Positions 10,901 to 20,008 of a stretch of 64,000 nt of DNA are shown piece by piece. Location: the IMG/VR virus record IMGVR_UViG_3300037155_000072, positions 10,867 through 74,866 of that record, one strand, 5' to 3'. Within the stretch, counting starts at the first letter, position 1. Each line of letters opens with the position of its first letter. The notes under the pieces are model-generated. The model did not search any database, was not told the DNA's origin, and worked only from the letters and a program-made list of their open reading frames with translations. This stretch comes from a virus. Position numbers and translations under genes: made by a program.

Positions 10901-13900
10901 ACGGAGTCAGGCTGGCGGGAGCTCTACGACGACGTTCAAAAATATGTTCAGAACCAAGCGGCCGGGCGAACCGGTTCGGGGACTCCTCTCTCAGTCCCGG
11001 CGGCAGTCACGGCTGCTGGTGGGCATGCGCCGCCGTTACGGGGAGAAGCTGCGCCGCTGACCCAGGACCGCGCGGATTTTATCAGCGCAATGTTTCACGC
11101 GAAACTGCCCGATACCGGGATTGCTCGCCAGGGGGCAATCAACATGCCTCTGAACAAGGCGGGGCAGTTGGTCAGTGCCGCCACAATTCCGGGCCGCGTT
11201 GCGCCGCCGGTTGAACCTCGTGGATCTTTTCGCGGAGCGGTAGCGGTTCGCCAAGGAGTCAAGGGCGAGCCGATTATGGAAGTAAACCCCTTCCGTAATA
11301 AATTCGAGTCCGCGTTGAAACAGGCGGGCGTCGAGAAGCCCTCCCTGATTGAGGCCAATCAACGTCTTAATCTCAAGGATTTGAAGGACGCGGAGCTCGC
11401 CCCAGAACAGGGAAAATTCGGCGCAAACTCACTCGCGTTGCAGGCCGGTTTTCAACCGCGACAACTCATCAATCCCGAAATCGAATCCCGATTGAAGGAC
11501 AGCAAAGTCCGATTCGAGGACGGAACTCTCAAACCCGTTTTCCACTCGACCGTTTTCCAATTTCCCACGAAGGAGATTAGGACCGAAGGATTTCAAGCGC
11601 ACTTCGGAACCCCAGACCAAGCCGCTGCCCGGTCTATCGGACCTACAGGCAACCGCAACGCTTCGGCTCTGCAATCTGCCACAGGGGCTCGAACCATACC
11701 AGCGTTTCTCGACATGAAAAACCCACTACGAGTGGATGATGTTGGAAATTGGGCCAACGCGCAAGATGTCGCGACGGGGCTGGAGAAGGCGGGAGTGTCT
11801 CTACCAAAAGAATTGTCGAGCCGAATGATTAACGCGGCCGTCGAGACCGCGCAGGATAAGTTGCCCAGCACACAGAGCAATCAGGATGAGGAGGATTCCT
11901 GGGGCCAAGCGAATCAGGCGGTAAACTCTAGGCTGCAAAACCATCTCCGGGGGAAAGGTTACGACGGGATTGTTTACGCAAACCACTACGAGGACTCCGC
12001 CCCGAAGCTGAACTATGGCGGCCGTCAAGAAGAACACACATACCGGGGTCAGGAGGAATACAACCCGAGTCTTTACCCGGATAGCTTCATCCCCTTTGAC
12101 GCAAAGCAGATTCACAACGCCGTTGACACGAAAGTCCAGTATCAACCATCCGCGCCGAAGAACGCGCACGAGCTCACCGACTTCCTTGACAAGTCCAGCC
12201 CGGAGGAGTATAAAACGGCGGTGAACAGCTACAAAGGCAAATACGGCGGCGGCCAAACGGGCATGAGCTTCGACACTGGCGCACAGGTTTCCACGGCTGA
12301 TGAACTCGCCAAGCTCCACACCGCACATCAGAAGTTCCAGCAGATGAGCCGGGACGCGATGGCGCACAAGGATTTCAATACCGCCATGGACATGGCTAGC
12401 CGCTCTCAGGCCGCCCGCGAAGCTTACGAAGCCGCAGAGAATGGCCCTTCGGCCGCGTTCATCCGGGACCACTACGACAAGAATTTTCAGGGCAGCCCAT
12501 TGCATAAGGGGACCTCGCTGAATTCGGAGCATGTGAACTTCATGCCGAAGGGCGACCCGCGCGCGATTCGTGCAGCCGCAGTTCAGGACGCAGACAACGG
12601 TAAGATTTTCGAGGGGCCGATGCACTTCTACGCGCATAGCCAAATGATTGCGGCCGGATACAACCACAATGATTTGTTTCGGCACCCCCAGGGGTTCGTC
12701 ACCAACACGCCGGGAGAATTCTTAGACCGTCAGCAGGCGTTTAAACGGGCAGAAGAGTTGAACCAACTCAAGGGGTATAAAGAGGGGGACCCGGACATCA
12801 TGCACCCAACGGGAGGGTTAGCTGCCGACAATTTGGGCCTAGTTGCGGAACATACGCAGATGCAGCCTCCAAAAAAAGACAAAGAAATCGAGCTGACGCA
12901 CTACTCGCACACCCCTGGTATCAAGATTCTAGACCCCGCTTTTCACGGCACCGGTTTATCTGGGGATGAACGCGCGCGCCAGCGGGACTACCCGGAAATT
13001 TATCATCCTCGAACTTATTTCGGCACCAAGGACTACAACAAGGAGCCGAACCTGGGGAACGAACAATACCGTGCGATGGTTCAATCCAAAAAGCTGTATC
13101 CGTTCCAGGAAGACCCCAAGGACTTATTCCCAGGTCCGCAGCAAGTGGAAGACGCTGGCTACGCCCCGATGGACAGCAAAGCGGCAAACACGCTCTATGA
13201 GCACAAAATATCGCAGGCCGGTTACGAGGGATATATCCACCGCGACTCCGCCGTCGCCGCGAAGTTCACGAAGACCCCGGTTGAACAAACCGGCGGCGCT
13301 AATTTTCAACCGCCAAAACTACCCGCTCCCGCCCCAGAAGAATTCGCGCACGAGGACACAATCGGCACCGCACTCGCGAAGCCGAATTGGGCAATCCTAA
13401 CCGGCACTCAGGAAGCCCTGGGACCCGCAACCAACGAAGCCAACGCTGCGAACAACGAGCGGCTCTACCGTGCGCTGGCCAAAGCGGGCCACACTCCGAT
13501 TGAAGTCTCAGGTTCTTATAAAGGCGTAGACCAGGGACGCAATTTTTTGGTAACTGGGATGTCCCCCGAGGAGGCCCGCGATTGGGGCAAAGAATACAAA
13601 CAGGATTCGGTGCTGACTCCGCACGGGTTACTCTATTCGGACGGCAGCATTCAACCGCCGGACGCGTCCCTAACGAAAATCGGCAAGGCGGCCGAGAAGG
13701 AAGATTTTTACTCCAAAGTAGACAAAGGCCCCGCCTTTTCGATGGGATTCGACAAGCGGGAGATGCCAGCCGCAGGCGAGAGCATGCTCGGCGATTTAGG
13801 CGCATCGAAGACGCCACTGTCGAGCAAGCAAGTCGGGGACATGACAAAGAACCAGCTCGCGGCGCATTACCCCGAGTCTGTTATTCCAAAAGCCAAGGAT

Positions 13901-14887
13901 GATGAGATTCATTCCGACATCGTAAACTCGCCCCTGGCAAAAGAAGCCGGTAGCCGAGAGAACGCAGTAAAAGTGTTCGGAAAAAAGCTTGCTGAAATGG
14001 GGCGCGCCCTGGAGAAGTCCAGCGGGTATCAATCCGGGCTGAAGTGGTATTCTGAATTCGTGCCGAAGCTGAAAAAGGTCTACGGAAAGCACGCGCAGAT
14101 GATGGGGGAACTTCTTGCGGCCACGAGTCCAAACAATAACCCAACGACGAATTTTGGATTTGCGAACGACGCAATGGAGGGGTTCATCTCGGGGCGGTTC
14201 GACAAACAGCTCAAGAAATTCAAAGAGGGCTGGAACAAAGTTGAAGATGGGTCCTGGAAAAAATGGCTTGATAAAGAGCTAAAAGCTGGGAATGTCAATA
14301 ATCCTCCGGAGACTCCCTCGGATGCTACCTTCCTGGACCACTGGATTACCAAGCACGACTTGAATCCCAGGCAGAGCAACGGCGCACTCTACTCGATGCA
14401 CTCGGTCGCGGTGCTGAAAGTTTTGGCAAGGCAATGGCTGGAGCAAACCCCGGGGCCGAAGACTCAAAACTTCGTAAAGAACTTATTGGGCACCGGCCAT
14501 GAGGCTACAATCGACGTGTGGGCGGACCGGACAATGCGCCGACTCGGCTACGCGGACCACCAAGCGCGGTGGAGAATTCTGCCAAAGAACGGCACCGGAG
14601 TTTCGGATGCGGACTTCGCGTTTTCGCAAGAAGCGTTTCGGCATGCGGCCGACGAGTTGGGCGTGAAGCCTGACGCGTTGCAAGGCGGACTGTGGTTCGC
14701 TGAAAAACAGAAGTGGGCTGACGAGGGTTGGGGCCGACTGGATTTGGGCGATTATCGAAAAGAGCTCGCCAAGGTGGAGATGTTGAACGCCGGAATTACC
14801 CAACGGCTAGCGATTCAAAAAGCCAAAGCAAAAGCGGTGCAAATGGAGCAACCCGATTTGATGTCCCTAGTCACCCCACGACCATGA
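7952..14887 (+). CDS. Giant polyvalent virion/ejection protein: HExxH metallopeptidase, ART-like domains, DUF3293/SAM-lyase-like, HhH-glycosylase-like C-terminus (ORF open from 7904)
   Basis: HEARH; SKVR.EDG..KPVFHST...NPL...GYDGIVY...FDAKQI; THYS..LDP..HGTG...AGYEGY; AILT...GSY...QDSVL; WY...LAATSP...GPKT.NF..NL...TIDVW...LQGGLW. Confidence 0.75.
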   Translation: MPNDVPNVPISTPPAPAPDITQGMFSAAQLQAPLPETPAPAAPVKYTPTAQELASAAPVAPAAPVKYSPTAAELSSATPVAPPSALEVMTPEQLVAEAKANPKKFDPISAFQALPAQKQTELFDKAAETYYQLLQAGHFTPSLVDMLTNVGKGIKDLALTGATLANIGLGAAVSAGAEPDPSTFRGALSLQTQQQSGEFLAGQKVAALGIGQMLTKGAAWAARGLHLTKGLQDYTPEDKWNAFATELATRNGMANVVKQGISPEAAANLAKQGYPLRPEKVEEAASGSPFAWEFAGKLFGGATGMVADSATPLLATLAGDTSEAGLASARAAIHSIPSIASEASTKVVGGALKAAGKAGEFTAEKIEPLVTPIAKVAGMAGGAFAGHHIGGPWTIPLGIAEGLEKGGKLGEKISTGVAKAGGKLADLADMGKQIATGEGVSSNTAQFVRDVAQAAPGALAHVGAGVAMDVGLGAATTETPGERANITPFGTVLGGVGAAKGVAGRAISGHIIAPRAWGSEGVPQRPDTFTQNFPALNAEHTDAMANAPVGVQQRFNAVQKFVDGAAPGTQIVYAPRPEVGHEDTLPAALQQSGINPKFAARDGFSTKVQGTDGKTHNIVVVRDMEAAPHEARHAMDDVIGAGATADLNATAKQEFADKWDAFKQRYADRLTPTGLPTSDPNGTILRESGYGDAAAKEKIISQARDALGPNATEAQVHAEAGKAITDLRGQAQAAGQELWQHVLTPDEQSNQVDQYVGSEVRAEHHDAWFKAGQPGTMRGKMGMLGGRVLSALGINPVEGRSSTYGTPLEGSLVSQAQKTAPKGVMAPEAPAPEGSDAAHQKGVVNAQKAAAEASGQPVAGAVKSQKEVLGIVAEAIARKQGVKLTKLSAPEEPAASLTSDRETRRQMIETYRTMPDAAKKLWGKLFFPTDVPVPGRGGNLQIFGYSPEVFAANAHKTAEAMNTLADKGSNLSPYELDPATKSFTESGWRELYDDVQKYVQNQAAGRTGSGTPLSVPAAVTAAGGHAPPLRGEAAPLTQDRADFISAMFHAKLPDTGIARQGAINMPLNKAGQLVSAATIPGRVAPPVEPRGSFRGAVAVRQGVKGEPIMEVNPFRNKFESALKQAGVEKPSLIEANQRLNLKDLKDAELAPEQGKFGANSLALQAGFQPRQLINPEIESRLKDSKVRFEDGTLKPVFHSTVFQFPTKEIRTEGFQAHFGTPDQAAARSIGPTGNRNASALQSATGARTIPAFLDMKNPLRVDDVGNWANAQDVATGLEKAGVSLPKELSSRMINAAVETAQDKLPSTQSNQDEEDSWGQANQAVNSRLQNHLRGKGYDGIVYANHYEDSAPKLNYGGRQEEHTYRGQEEYNPSLYPDSFIPFDAKQIHNAVDTKVQYQPSAPKNAHELTDFLDKSSPEEYKTAVNSYKGKYGGGQTGMSFDTGAQVSTADELAKLHTAHQKFQQMSRDAMAHKDFNTAMDMASRSQAAREAYEAAENGPSAAFIRDHYDKNFQGSPLHKGTSLNSEHVNFMPKGDPRAIRAAAVQDADNGKIFEGPMHFYAHSQMIAAGYNHNDLFRHPQGFVTNTPGEFLDRQQAFKRAEELNQLKGYKEGDPDIMHPTGGLAADNLGLVAEHTQMQPPKKDKEIELTHYSHTPGIKILDPAFHGTGLSGDERARQRDYPEIYHPRTYFGTKDYNKEPNLGNEQYRAMVQSKKLYPFQEDPKDLFPGPQQVEDAGYAPMDSKAANTLYEHKISQAGYEGYIHRDSAVAAKFTKTPVEQTGGANFQPPKLPAPAPEEFAHEDTIGTALAKPNWAILTGTQEALGPATNEANAANNERLYRALAKAGHTPIEVSGSYKGVDQGRNFLVTGMSPEEARDWGKEYKQDSVLTPHGLLYSDGSIQPPDASLTKIGKAAEKEDFYSKVDKGPAFSMGFDKREMPAAGESMLGDLGASKTPLSSKQVGDMTKNQLAAHYPESVIPKAKDDEIHSDIVNSPLAKEAGSRENAVKVFGKKLAEMGRALEKSSGYQSGLKWYSEFVPKLKKVYGKHAQMMGELLAATSPNNNPTTNFGFANDAMEGFISGRFDKQLKKFKEGWNKVEDGSWKKWLDKELKAGNVNNPPETPSDATFLDHWITKHDLNPRQSNGALYSMHSVAVLKVLARQWLEQTPGPKTQNFVKNLLGTGHEATIDVWADRTMRRLGYADHQARWRILPKNGTGVSDADFAFSQEAFRHAADELGVKPDALQGGLWFAEKQKWADEGWGRLDLGDYRKELAKVEMLNAGITQRLAIQKAKAKAVQMEQPDLMSLVTPRP

Positions 14888-15066
14888 AAACAAAATCAGC
14901 TCCACTAGGCTACGACGAAGCCGCCCAACATGCCGCTAGGACGGCTGCCGCCCCTGGCGACTCCCGCTGGGATACGTTGTGGGCGGAAGTCCACAAGCTC
15001 CAGGACACCCGGCAAGCCCGGGATGCCGACTTGGTATCCAAGCGACCAACCCGAGACGACGCGTAA
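14884..15066 (+). CDS. Small hypothetical protein
   Basis: ATGA-coupled to giant gene, 60 aa. Confidence 0.5.
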   Translation: MKTKSAPLGYDEAAQHAARTAAAPGDSRWDTLWAEVHKLQDTRQARDADLVSKRPTRDDA

Positions 15067-15072
15067 CTACTT
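15042..15072 (+). promoter_or_regulatory. Candidate phage-sigma promoter GCGACC-N15-GTAACTACTT
   Basis: Motif match, 8 nt before ATG 15081. Confidence 0.55.
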
Positions 15073-15080
15073 ACCAGAAT

Positions 15081-15752
15081 ATGCCAAACCTCGTTTCTGC
15101 CGCCGCCCCTCAAGCCCCCGACGTTACCCCGCAAGCTCCAGCGCCCGCACCTGATGCCGATGCTGCCGCTCCTGCTCCCGCTGCGCCCTCCCTGCCGCCC
15201 TCGCTGACAAAGATACCAGCGATTCAGGGACTCATGGCCGGTGCGCCCGTTGCCTTTTCGGCCAGGATTTCCGAATTTAAAGATACCCCCGTGGGTAAGG
15301 ACATCATTAAGCACGCCGAAACATTGAAGGCGGCCGGGTTTGGATTCTACCGCAGTGTGCAGGGAGATTTGGCCGTCCTCTATAACCGCTTTCATGTGCA
15401 TGGCAGTGATTTGCAACAAGCCGACAAGGCCGGAAAGCTCCAAGTCCTCGCGCCGCCATTTGAGCAGGTTGACCACGCTTTGAGTAAAATGGGCGGAAAG
15501 CACATGCTCGGGAAGACCGTTCCCCAAGGATTTGCGGCTCCAAGCCCCCAGGCGGCCCCCCAGGCGGGCGCTCAAGACGCCGGACCTCAGCCACCAGCCC
15601 AGGCGACTACGAACGCAGGTGGGGCCAGCGCCGCGCTCCAGAAGCGCCTTATGGCAGCTCGTCTCTCGAATATGGCTCCGGGTGCCCCTACCTCCGGACC
15701 GGCTCCCGGCGGCGGCCGGTTACTCCAGTCGATTCTTAAGCCCGTAATTTGA
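15081..15752 (+). CDS. Hypothetical Pro/Ala-rich (likely virion) protein
   Basis: ORF after promoter motif at end of + strand block. Confidence 0.55.
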   Translation: MPNLVSAAAPQAPDVTPQAPAPAPDADAAAPAPAAPSLPPSLTKIPAIQGLMAGAPVAFSARISEFKDTPVGKDIIKHAETLKAAGFGFYRSVQGDLAVLYNRFHVHGSDLQQADKAGKLQVLAPPFEQVDHALSKMGGKHMLGKTVPQGFAAPSPQAAPQAGAQDAGPQPPAQATTNAGGASAALQKRLMAARLSNMAPGAPTSGPAPGGGRLLQSILKPVI

Positions 15753-17474
15753 CCCTTTTGAGAGATTCTCCTCGACGTAGGTCAACCGTTTTTTTGCTCG
15801 GGTTGCCGCAACGTAAGATAAATTTTCCTCTTCACCCCCGCGCTCGGGACGGAAGGTTCGGGCAATAAGGAAAACTCTATCTGCCTCCAGGCCCTTGAAT
15901 TTATGGACAGAGCTCAGTATAACGCACGGACGTTGAAAGCCTTCCTTGTCCACGAAAATGTCCGCGATGCAAACAAAAATCGACTCGACATTCACGCAGC
16001 CCTCGGCCAGCGCGGTCAAACAACCTACTTGGTCCTGAATCATTTCGATTTTCGATTCTGCGTGCGGACCGGCCACTACTCGGGCGGTGAGGCGTTTGCC
16101 CCAGGCGTGCGCGCGCTCAATGAAATGCGGCACGGACTTAGCCTTGAGCTTCTTGGCGATACCGGCGAGCTGAGCGCCCACGTCCCGGCCCCGGATGCGC
16201 GCCGGGGTGCCCTTACGGAGGAGTGCGAGGCAAACCGGCATCAGCGGAGCGTTTGAGCGGCTAAGCACCGCGTCGCCCACCTGGAGAGCGTCTACGAGGG
16301 CAGCCCCGCCGATATGCAGCAACTCCCCCTTCGGGGCGTCCGGGGCGGCCTTGTAATCCGGCACCCACTGCGCGGCGTGCTCCACGACCACCTGAGGGCA
16401 CCGGCGAGTCACTGTCAGCCCGAGCTCGACCGCGTTCAACTTGACTTTCATCAGGTCCAGGCCATTCTGCGCGGCACCCCGGAAGGCGTAAATCGCCTGC
16501 CGGTCGTCTCCTACGACCGCAATCCGGCCGCCCACCCTCACCGAGCGTTGCGCCATTATCAACTGGGGCAGGCTCATATCCTGAGCCTCGTCCACAACCA
16601 CTAAATCGTAGCACGGGGTCACCCAGTTCATTACCACGGGCAGCCAGACCATATCGTTGCCACTAACGCGATGCTGGGGGTCGCGCACCATTGCCGCCCT
16701 CATGGCGCGAATCGCAATCTCCGCCAGGGCGTTGGCAGAAAAATCTTCACTCTCAACCTGGACGTTTCGGGCGTCAGCAAGGTCCAGCATTTCAGCGAGA
16801 GTCGGGACGGTCGCGAAGCAGTTTTTCGCAAACCCGACCAGCTTGACCACGGCCGCCAGGACATCCACCGGAGTATTGCGAGGGGCGGAAGCGACCGCGC
16901 GGTCCATTTCCACGTCCCCGGCCTTGTCGAACTTAGAGCCGGACCAAACGGAATTGATGCAGCGCAGGCCCCGGGAGTGCAAAGTCATCACATCGACATT
17001 GGGGTCGGCGATTTTGGCTTCCGCTTCAAGCTTATTCTCGGTGCCGAAAACGAAATACGCCTTGAGTTTCTCGGGCGCGCGAGAAATTGCATAGACGATG
17101 GTGAATGTCTTGCCAGTGCCAGCCCGCGCGCGAACCACGAGGTTGCGCCCGAACTGGCCGGTTGCGAACCACTCCACAATCAAAAGCTGCTCAGCAGAGA
17201 GGATGACGCCCTCGGGAAGCGGGGGCGGCACGAAGGAGGAGACCGGGGCAGCCGGGGCGGTATAGGTGGTGTAGAACACGTGCCACTGGCCGCCGAACGG
17301 CCGGACTCGAATTCCGGCGGCCTTCAGGGCTTCCTTGTCAGTCTTCCACTCGGCCCAGAACAGCGGGCACCGGCCTACAGCCCGGCGGACGAAGAAGCCA
17401 TTTTCCATTACGGCTTCAGACCACTCAGCGAGAGATTCGATATTCACGCTCTTAACACGAGACGTAAAACCCAT
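15720..17474 (-). CDS. UvrD/Rep-like SF1 helicase (ORF open to 17531)
   Basis: ARAGTGKT, VVVDEAQD, VGDDRQAIYAFRGA, TRRCP, SVHKFKGLEADRV, YVAATRAK. Confidence 0.92.
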   Translation of the reverse strand: MGFTSRVKSVNIESLAEWSEAVMENGFFVRRAVGRCPLFWAEWKTDKEALKAAGIRVRPFGGQWHVFYTTYTAPAAPVSSFVPPPLPEGVILSAEQLLIVEWFATGQFGRNLVVRARAGTGKTFTIVYAISRAPEKLKAYFVFGTENKLEAEAKIADPNVDVMTLHSRGLRCINSVWSGSKFDKAGDVEMDRAVASAPRNTPVDVLAAVVKLVGFAKNCFATVPTLAEMLDLADARNVQVESEDFSANALAEIAIRAMRAAMVRDPQHRVSGNDMVWLPVVMNWVTPCYDLVVVDEAQDMSLPQLIMAQRSVRVGGRIAVVGDDRQAIYAFRGAAQNGLDLMKVKLNAVELGLTVTRRCPQVVVEHAAQWVPDYKAAPDAPKGELLHIGGAALVDALQVGDAVLSRSNAPLMPVCLALLRKGTPARIRGRDVGAQLAGIAKKLKAKSVPHFIERAHAWGKRLTARVVAGPHAESKIEMIQDQVGCLTALAEGCVNVESIFVCIADIFVDKEGFQRPCVILSSVHKFKGLEADRVFLIARTFRPERGGEEENLSYVAATRAKKRLTYVEENLSKGSNYGLKNRLE

Positions 17475-17570
17475 CCCCCGTATCGTGTTTCGACCAGGGG
17501 TGGATGAGTAGGGACGAATCCTCGGAATCAAGTCGGACCCTCTCCCCAGACGGCAGCATCAGATTAACAA

Positions 17571-18863
17571 TCATGGAGTGACTGAAAAGGTCCCAACATT
17601 GCCGTGTTCGGGATGCCACACAAATGCCTCAGCAGCGCGAAGTCCGTCGTAGCCCTTCATTTTATGCCAAGCATCCGCCGGACAGAGACTAGGAATAATT
17701 CGAACCCGAATTCCATTACTTTCACCCACGGGCTGAAAGTGAATCTCCTTCTTATGGTGCCAGTGCCCGAGGTGAATCTCGCGGAACTTCGAAGCGGCCC
17801 AAAGCGACGGCACTTCCGTTGCCATAATTAGTGGAAGATTTTTATGGGGTTCGTTGTGCCCGTGGGTATATCCAATCAGACACTTTCCGAAGGCATAATA
17901 TTTTCGCTGTGTGGGCGAGTTGTTCACAGTGACCCCGGGAGTTTTTGACAACCAGCCTTCGAGGGCGTCCCCGAGGTAGAAAATACGTTCGGTATCATGA
18001 TTTCCCGAAACCATAACCACGTCCACCGGAGCAATCTCCCGGAGGCGCAGAATTGCGTCCACCATCAGCTTCCGACCGGCGACAAAAGATTTTTGGTAGC
18101 GACCGTCTTCATCTTGGGGTGTCCCGGCCGTAGTGGTCTGCGCCGCGTTGTCCACATTGAAAAAATCGTTTCCAACTGGGAACACTATGCGAGAGACCTG
18201 AAAACCCTCCGCACGGGCGATGAGGGTTTCGAGAGCTGACCCGAAGGTCTCTTTCGAAATTTTGGCGTCATAGTGTTCGCCGCACTCCGGACCCCAGCAG
18301 AGCTTGCCCAGATGCAAGTCAAAAATCGAAATCTCCAACAGATGCCCATCCATTTTCAGCGAGCGGTATTGAAATACCGGCGGTCGCTTCGGGGCTTCTG
18401 TGCGAAACTGCTCCAGCATCTCCTTTATAAGGCTCCGCGTCTTGTTTACCAGCATTCGCTTCTTCAGCCACGCCTTGACTTGAAAAAGCGGCTTCGTGTT
18501 TGCCTCGCCGTCGCCGTCCACATATCCCATTTCCCACTTGTTTACGAGATACCGCTCGACTTCCCAAACAGCCAAATCAACTTTTGAAAAGGTGAGTAAC
18601 TCTTCTAAGCTCGTTATCGTGGGACTCACCGACGACGTGAACCCGGTATTCCCGGAGTCCTCGAAAGTTGTTCCCTCTTGCGGAGGGCTTTTTTGCTCAG
18701 TCGCGGGCGTCCCTCCCTTGCGTTTCAGGTGCACCCGGACCGCAGTTTCTGAGCGGTCAACTACGTCACCGATTTCCGCCCAGGTTTTGCCTTGCTTACG
18801 CAGGATTTGCGCGTGAACCGTCTCCAGGTTTGTCCAATTCGGTGTCGTCATTGTTTTTTTCAT
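17571..18863 (-). CDS. HTH + calcineurin-like metallophosphoesterase
   Basis: N-terminal HTH; DLHLG, GNDFF, GNHD, HGH, GHWH motifs. Confidence 0.85.
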   Translation of the reverse strand: MKKTMTTPNWTNLETVHAQILRKQGKTWAEIGDVVDRSETAVRVHLKRKGGTPATEQKSPPQEGTTFEDSGNTGFTSSVSPTITSLEELLTFSKVDLAVWEVERYLVNKWEMGYVDGDGEANTKPLFQVKAWLKKRMLVNKTRSLIKEMLEQFRTEAPKRPPVFQYRSLKMDGHLLEISIFDLHLGKLCWGPECGEHYDAKISKETFGSALETLIARAEGFQVSRIVFPVGNDFFNVDNAAQTTTAGTPQDEDGRYQKSFVAGRKLMVDAILRLREIAPVDVVMVSGNHDTERIFYLGDALEGWLSKTPGVTVNNSPTQRKYYAFGKCLIGYTHGHNEPHKNLPLIMATEVPSLWAASKFREIHLGHWHHKKEIHFQPVGESNGIRVRIIPSLCPADAWHKMKGYDGLRAAEAFVWHPEHGNVGTFSVTP

Positions 18864-19503
18864 GAGTTTGTTCTTTGTTCGGAAAAGGCTTCAGTGTGCG
18901 TTTTGATTCAAAATCTTGCTCGCGGCCCTGGCACCATTCAGCTACGTTCTTCGGAATGCCTTGGCGAAAAACGCAGTCAAATTCTTCCAAAGCCCGTTGG
19001 GCAGAATCCCCAATACCATAAACGGCAAACTCAAGTCGCTTAACATCCCCCAACACCGCCATCCAGTTTCCGTCTTGAAGCCGGTGAAGGGCCGGATGAT
19101 AACGAAAATGTGGGCTGGTGACTTCCTCGGCCGCCGCGCGCTGTTTTTCGATTGCATCCATCTGTAGCTTGTGCAGTTCGTCATAGTCCTTCTCTACCTT
19201 CGTCTGGAAAGAACTATCCCACCGGGTATCATCCCCGAGAATTTTCTCCATCCGGTCACAGGCCGCCCACAGAGTCTTCTCCAGGGCAATCTGGCCCTCG
19301 GTCATTTTGAACGGCGGCGGGTCTTTGGGCGTGCCCCCGTTATCAACATCGAAGAGATTCATCGGGCGAAACTGGTATTGGCTCAGCGCCCCGGCCAAGT
19401 TCCCAATGACATGAAGCACGTGGGTAACCTGCGCGGCAGTTTCGACAGTCCGGTTTGAGAGCGCGAGTTGTGGTATTTGCTTCTCTTGATATTTCTTACT
19501 CAC
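18796..19503 (-). CDS. Hypothetical protein
   Basis: Coupled ORF in operon. Confidence 0.6.
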   Translation of the reverse strand: MSKKYQEKQIPQLALSNRTVETAAQVTHVLHVIGNLAGALSQYQFRPMNLFDVDNGGTPKDPPPFKMTEGQIALEKTLWAACDRMEKILGDDTRWDSSFQTKVEKDYDELHKLQMDAIEKQRAAAEEVTSPHFRYHPALHRLQDGNWMAVLGDVKRLEFAVYGIGDSAQRALEEFDCVFRQGIPKNVAEWCQGREQDFESKRTLKPFPNKEQTHEKNNDDTELDKPGDGSRANPA

Positions 19504-19997
19504 GATTTTAGTCTAGCAAAGGTTTTCTCAGCCCACAACCACAAAAATAAGGCGTCAACGGCGTCGTCATTCAGCCCTCGGCCCTTCCACTCGGGATACT
19601 GACGAAAGAGAGCTGCTTCCATCATAGCCTTGTCCGCCCCTCCGTTTCCTGTCGCGAATTTTTTCAAGGTTCCAACGGGAACACACTCCAGCAAACAGGA
19701 TTTGCCAAACGCCAACCATACCGTTGTTCTGTAGCTCGACCATAGCTGCACTTGGGAGGTATAAGATGAAAAATTTACATCCTCCCACACGACGGCATCC
19801 GGCGCGGGCAACGACTTTAAAAATGCAGCGAACCGATGAATACGCTCGTCGTTTCTTCGGGTTAGTCTTTGCTTTCCCCACGAGGTTATTTCTTTCGCCG
19901 TCGCTAACTTCAGGGTGTGCGCTTCCAGGGAGCCGTTCAGATTGTGGGCAACCCCCGTGTCGGTCCCCAGGTCCAGGGCTAGAATTTTCAGTGGCAC
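19500..19997 (-). CDS. RuvC-like Holliday junction resolvase
   Basis: ILALDLG..TG, WE, LKKFATGNGGADK, DDAVDA. Confidence 0.85.
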   Translation of the reverse strand: MPLKILALDLGTDTGVAHNLNGSLEAHTLKLATAKEITSWGKQRLTRRNDERIHRFAAFLKSLPAPDAVVWEDVNFSSYTSQVQLWSSYRTTVWLAFGKSCLLECVPVGTLKKFATGNGGADKAMMEAALFRQYPEWKGRGLNDDAVDALFLWLWAEKTFARLKS

Positions 19998-20008
19998 TCA
20001 TAGAACAG

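Noticed and set aside
11801-12685. 294-aa minus-strand ORF and similar long antisense ORFs (16671-17507, 27041-27745)
   Set aside because: Shadows of well-supported genes in GC-rich DNA
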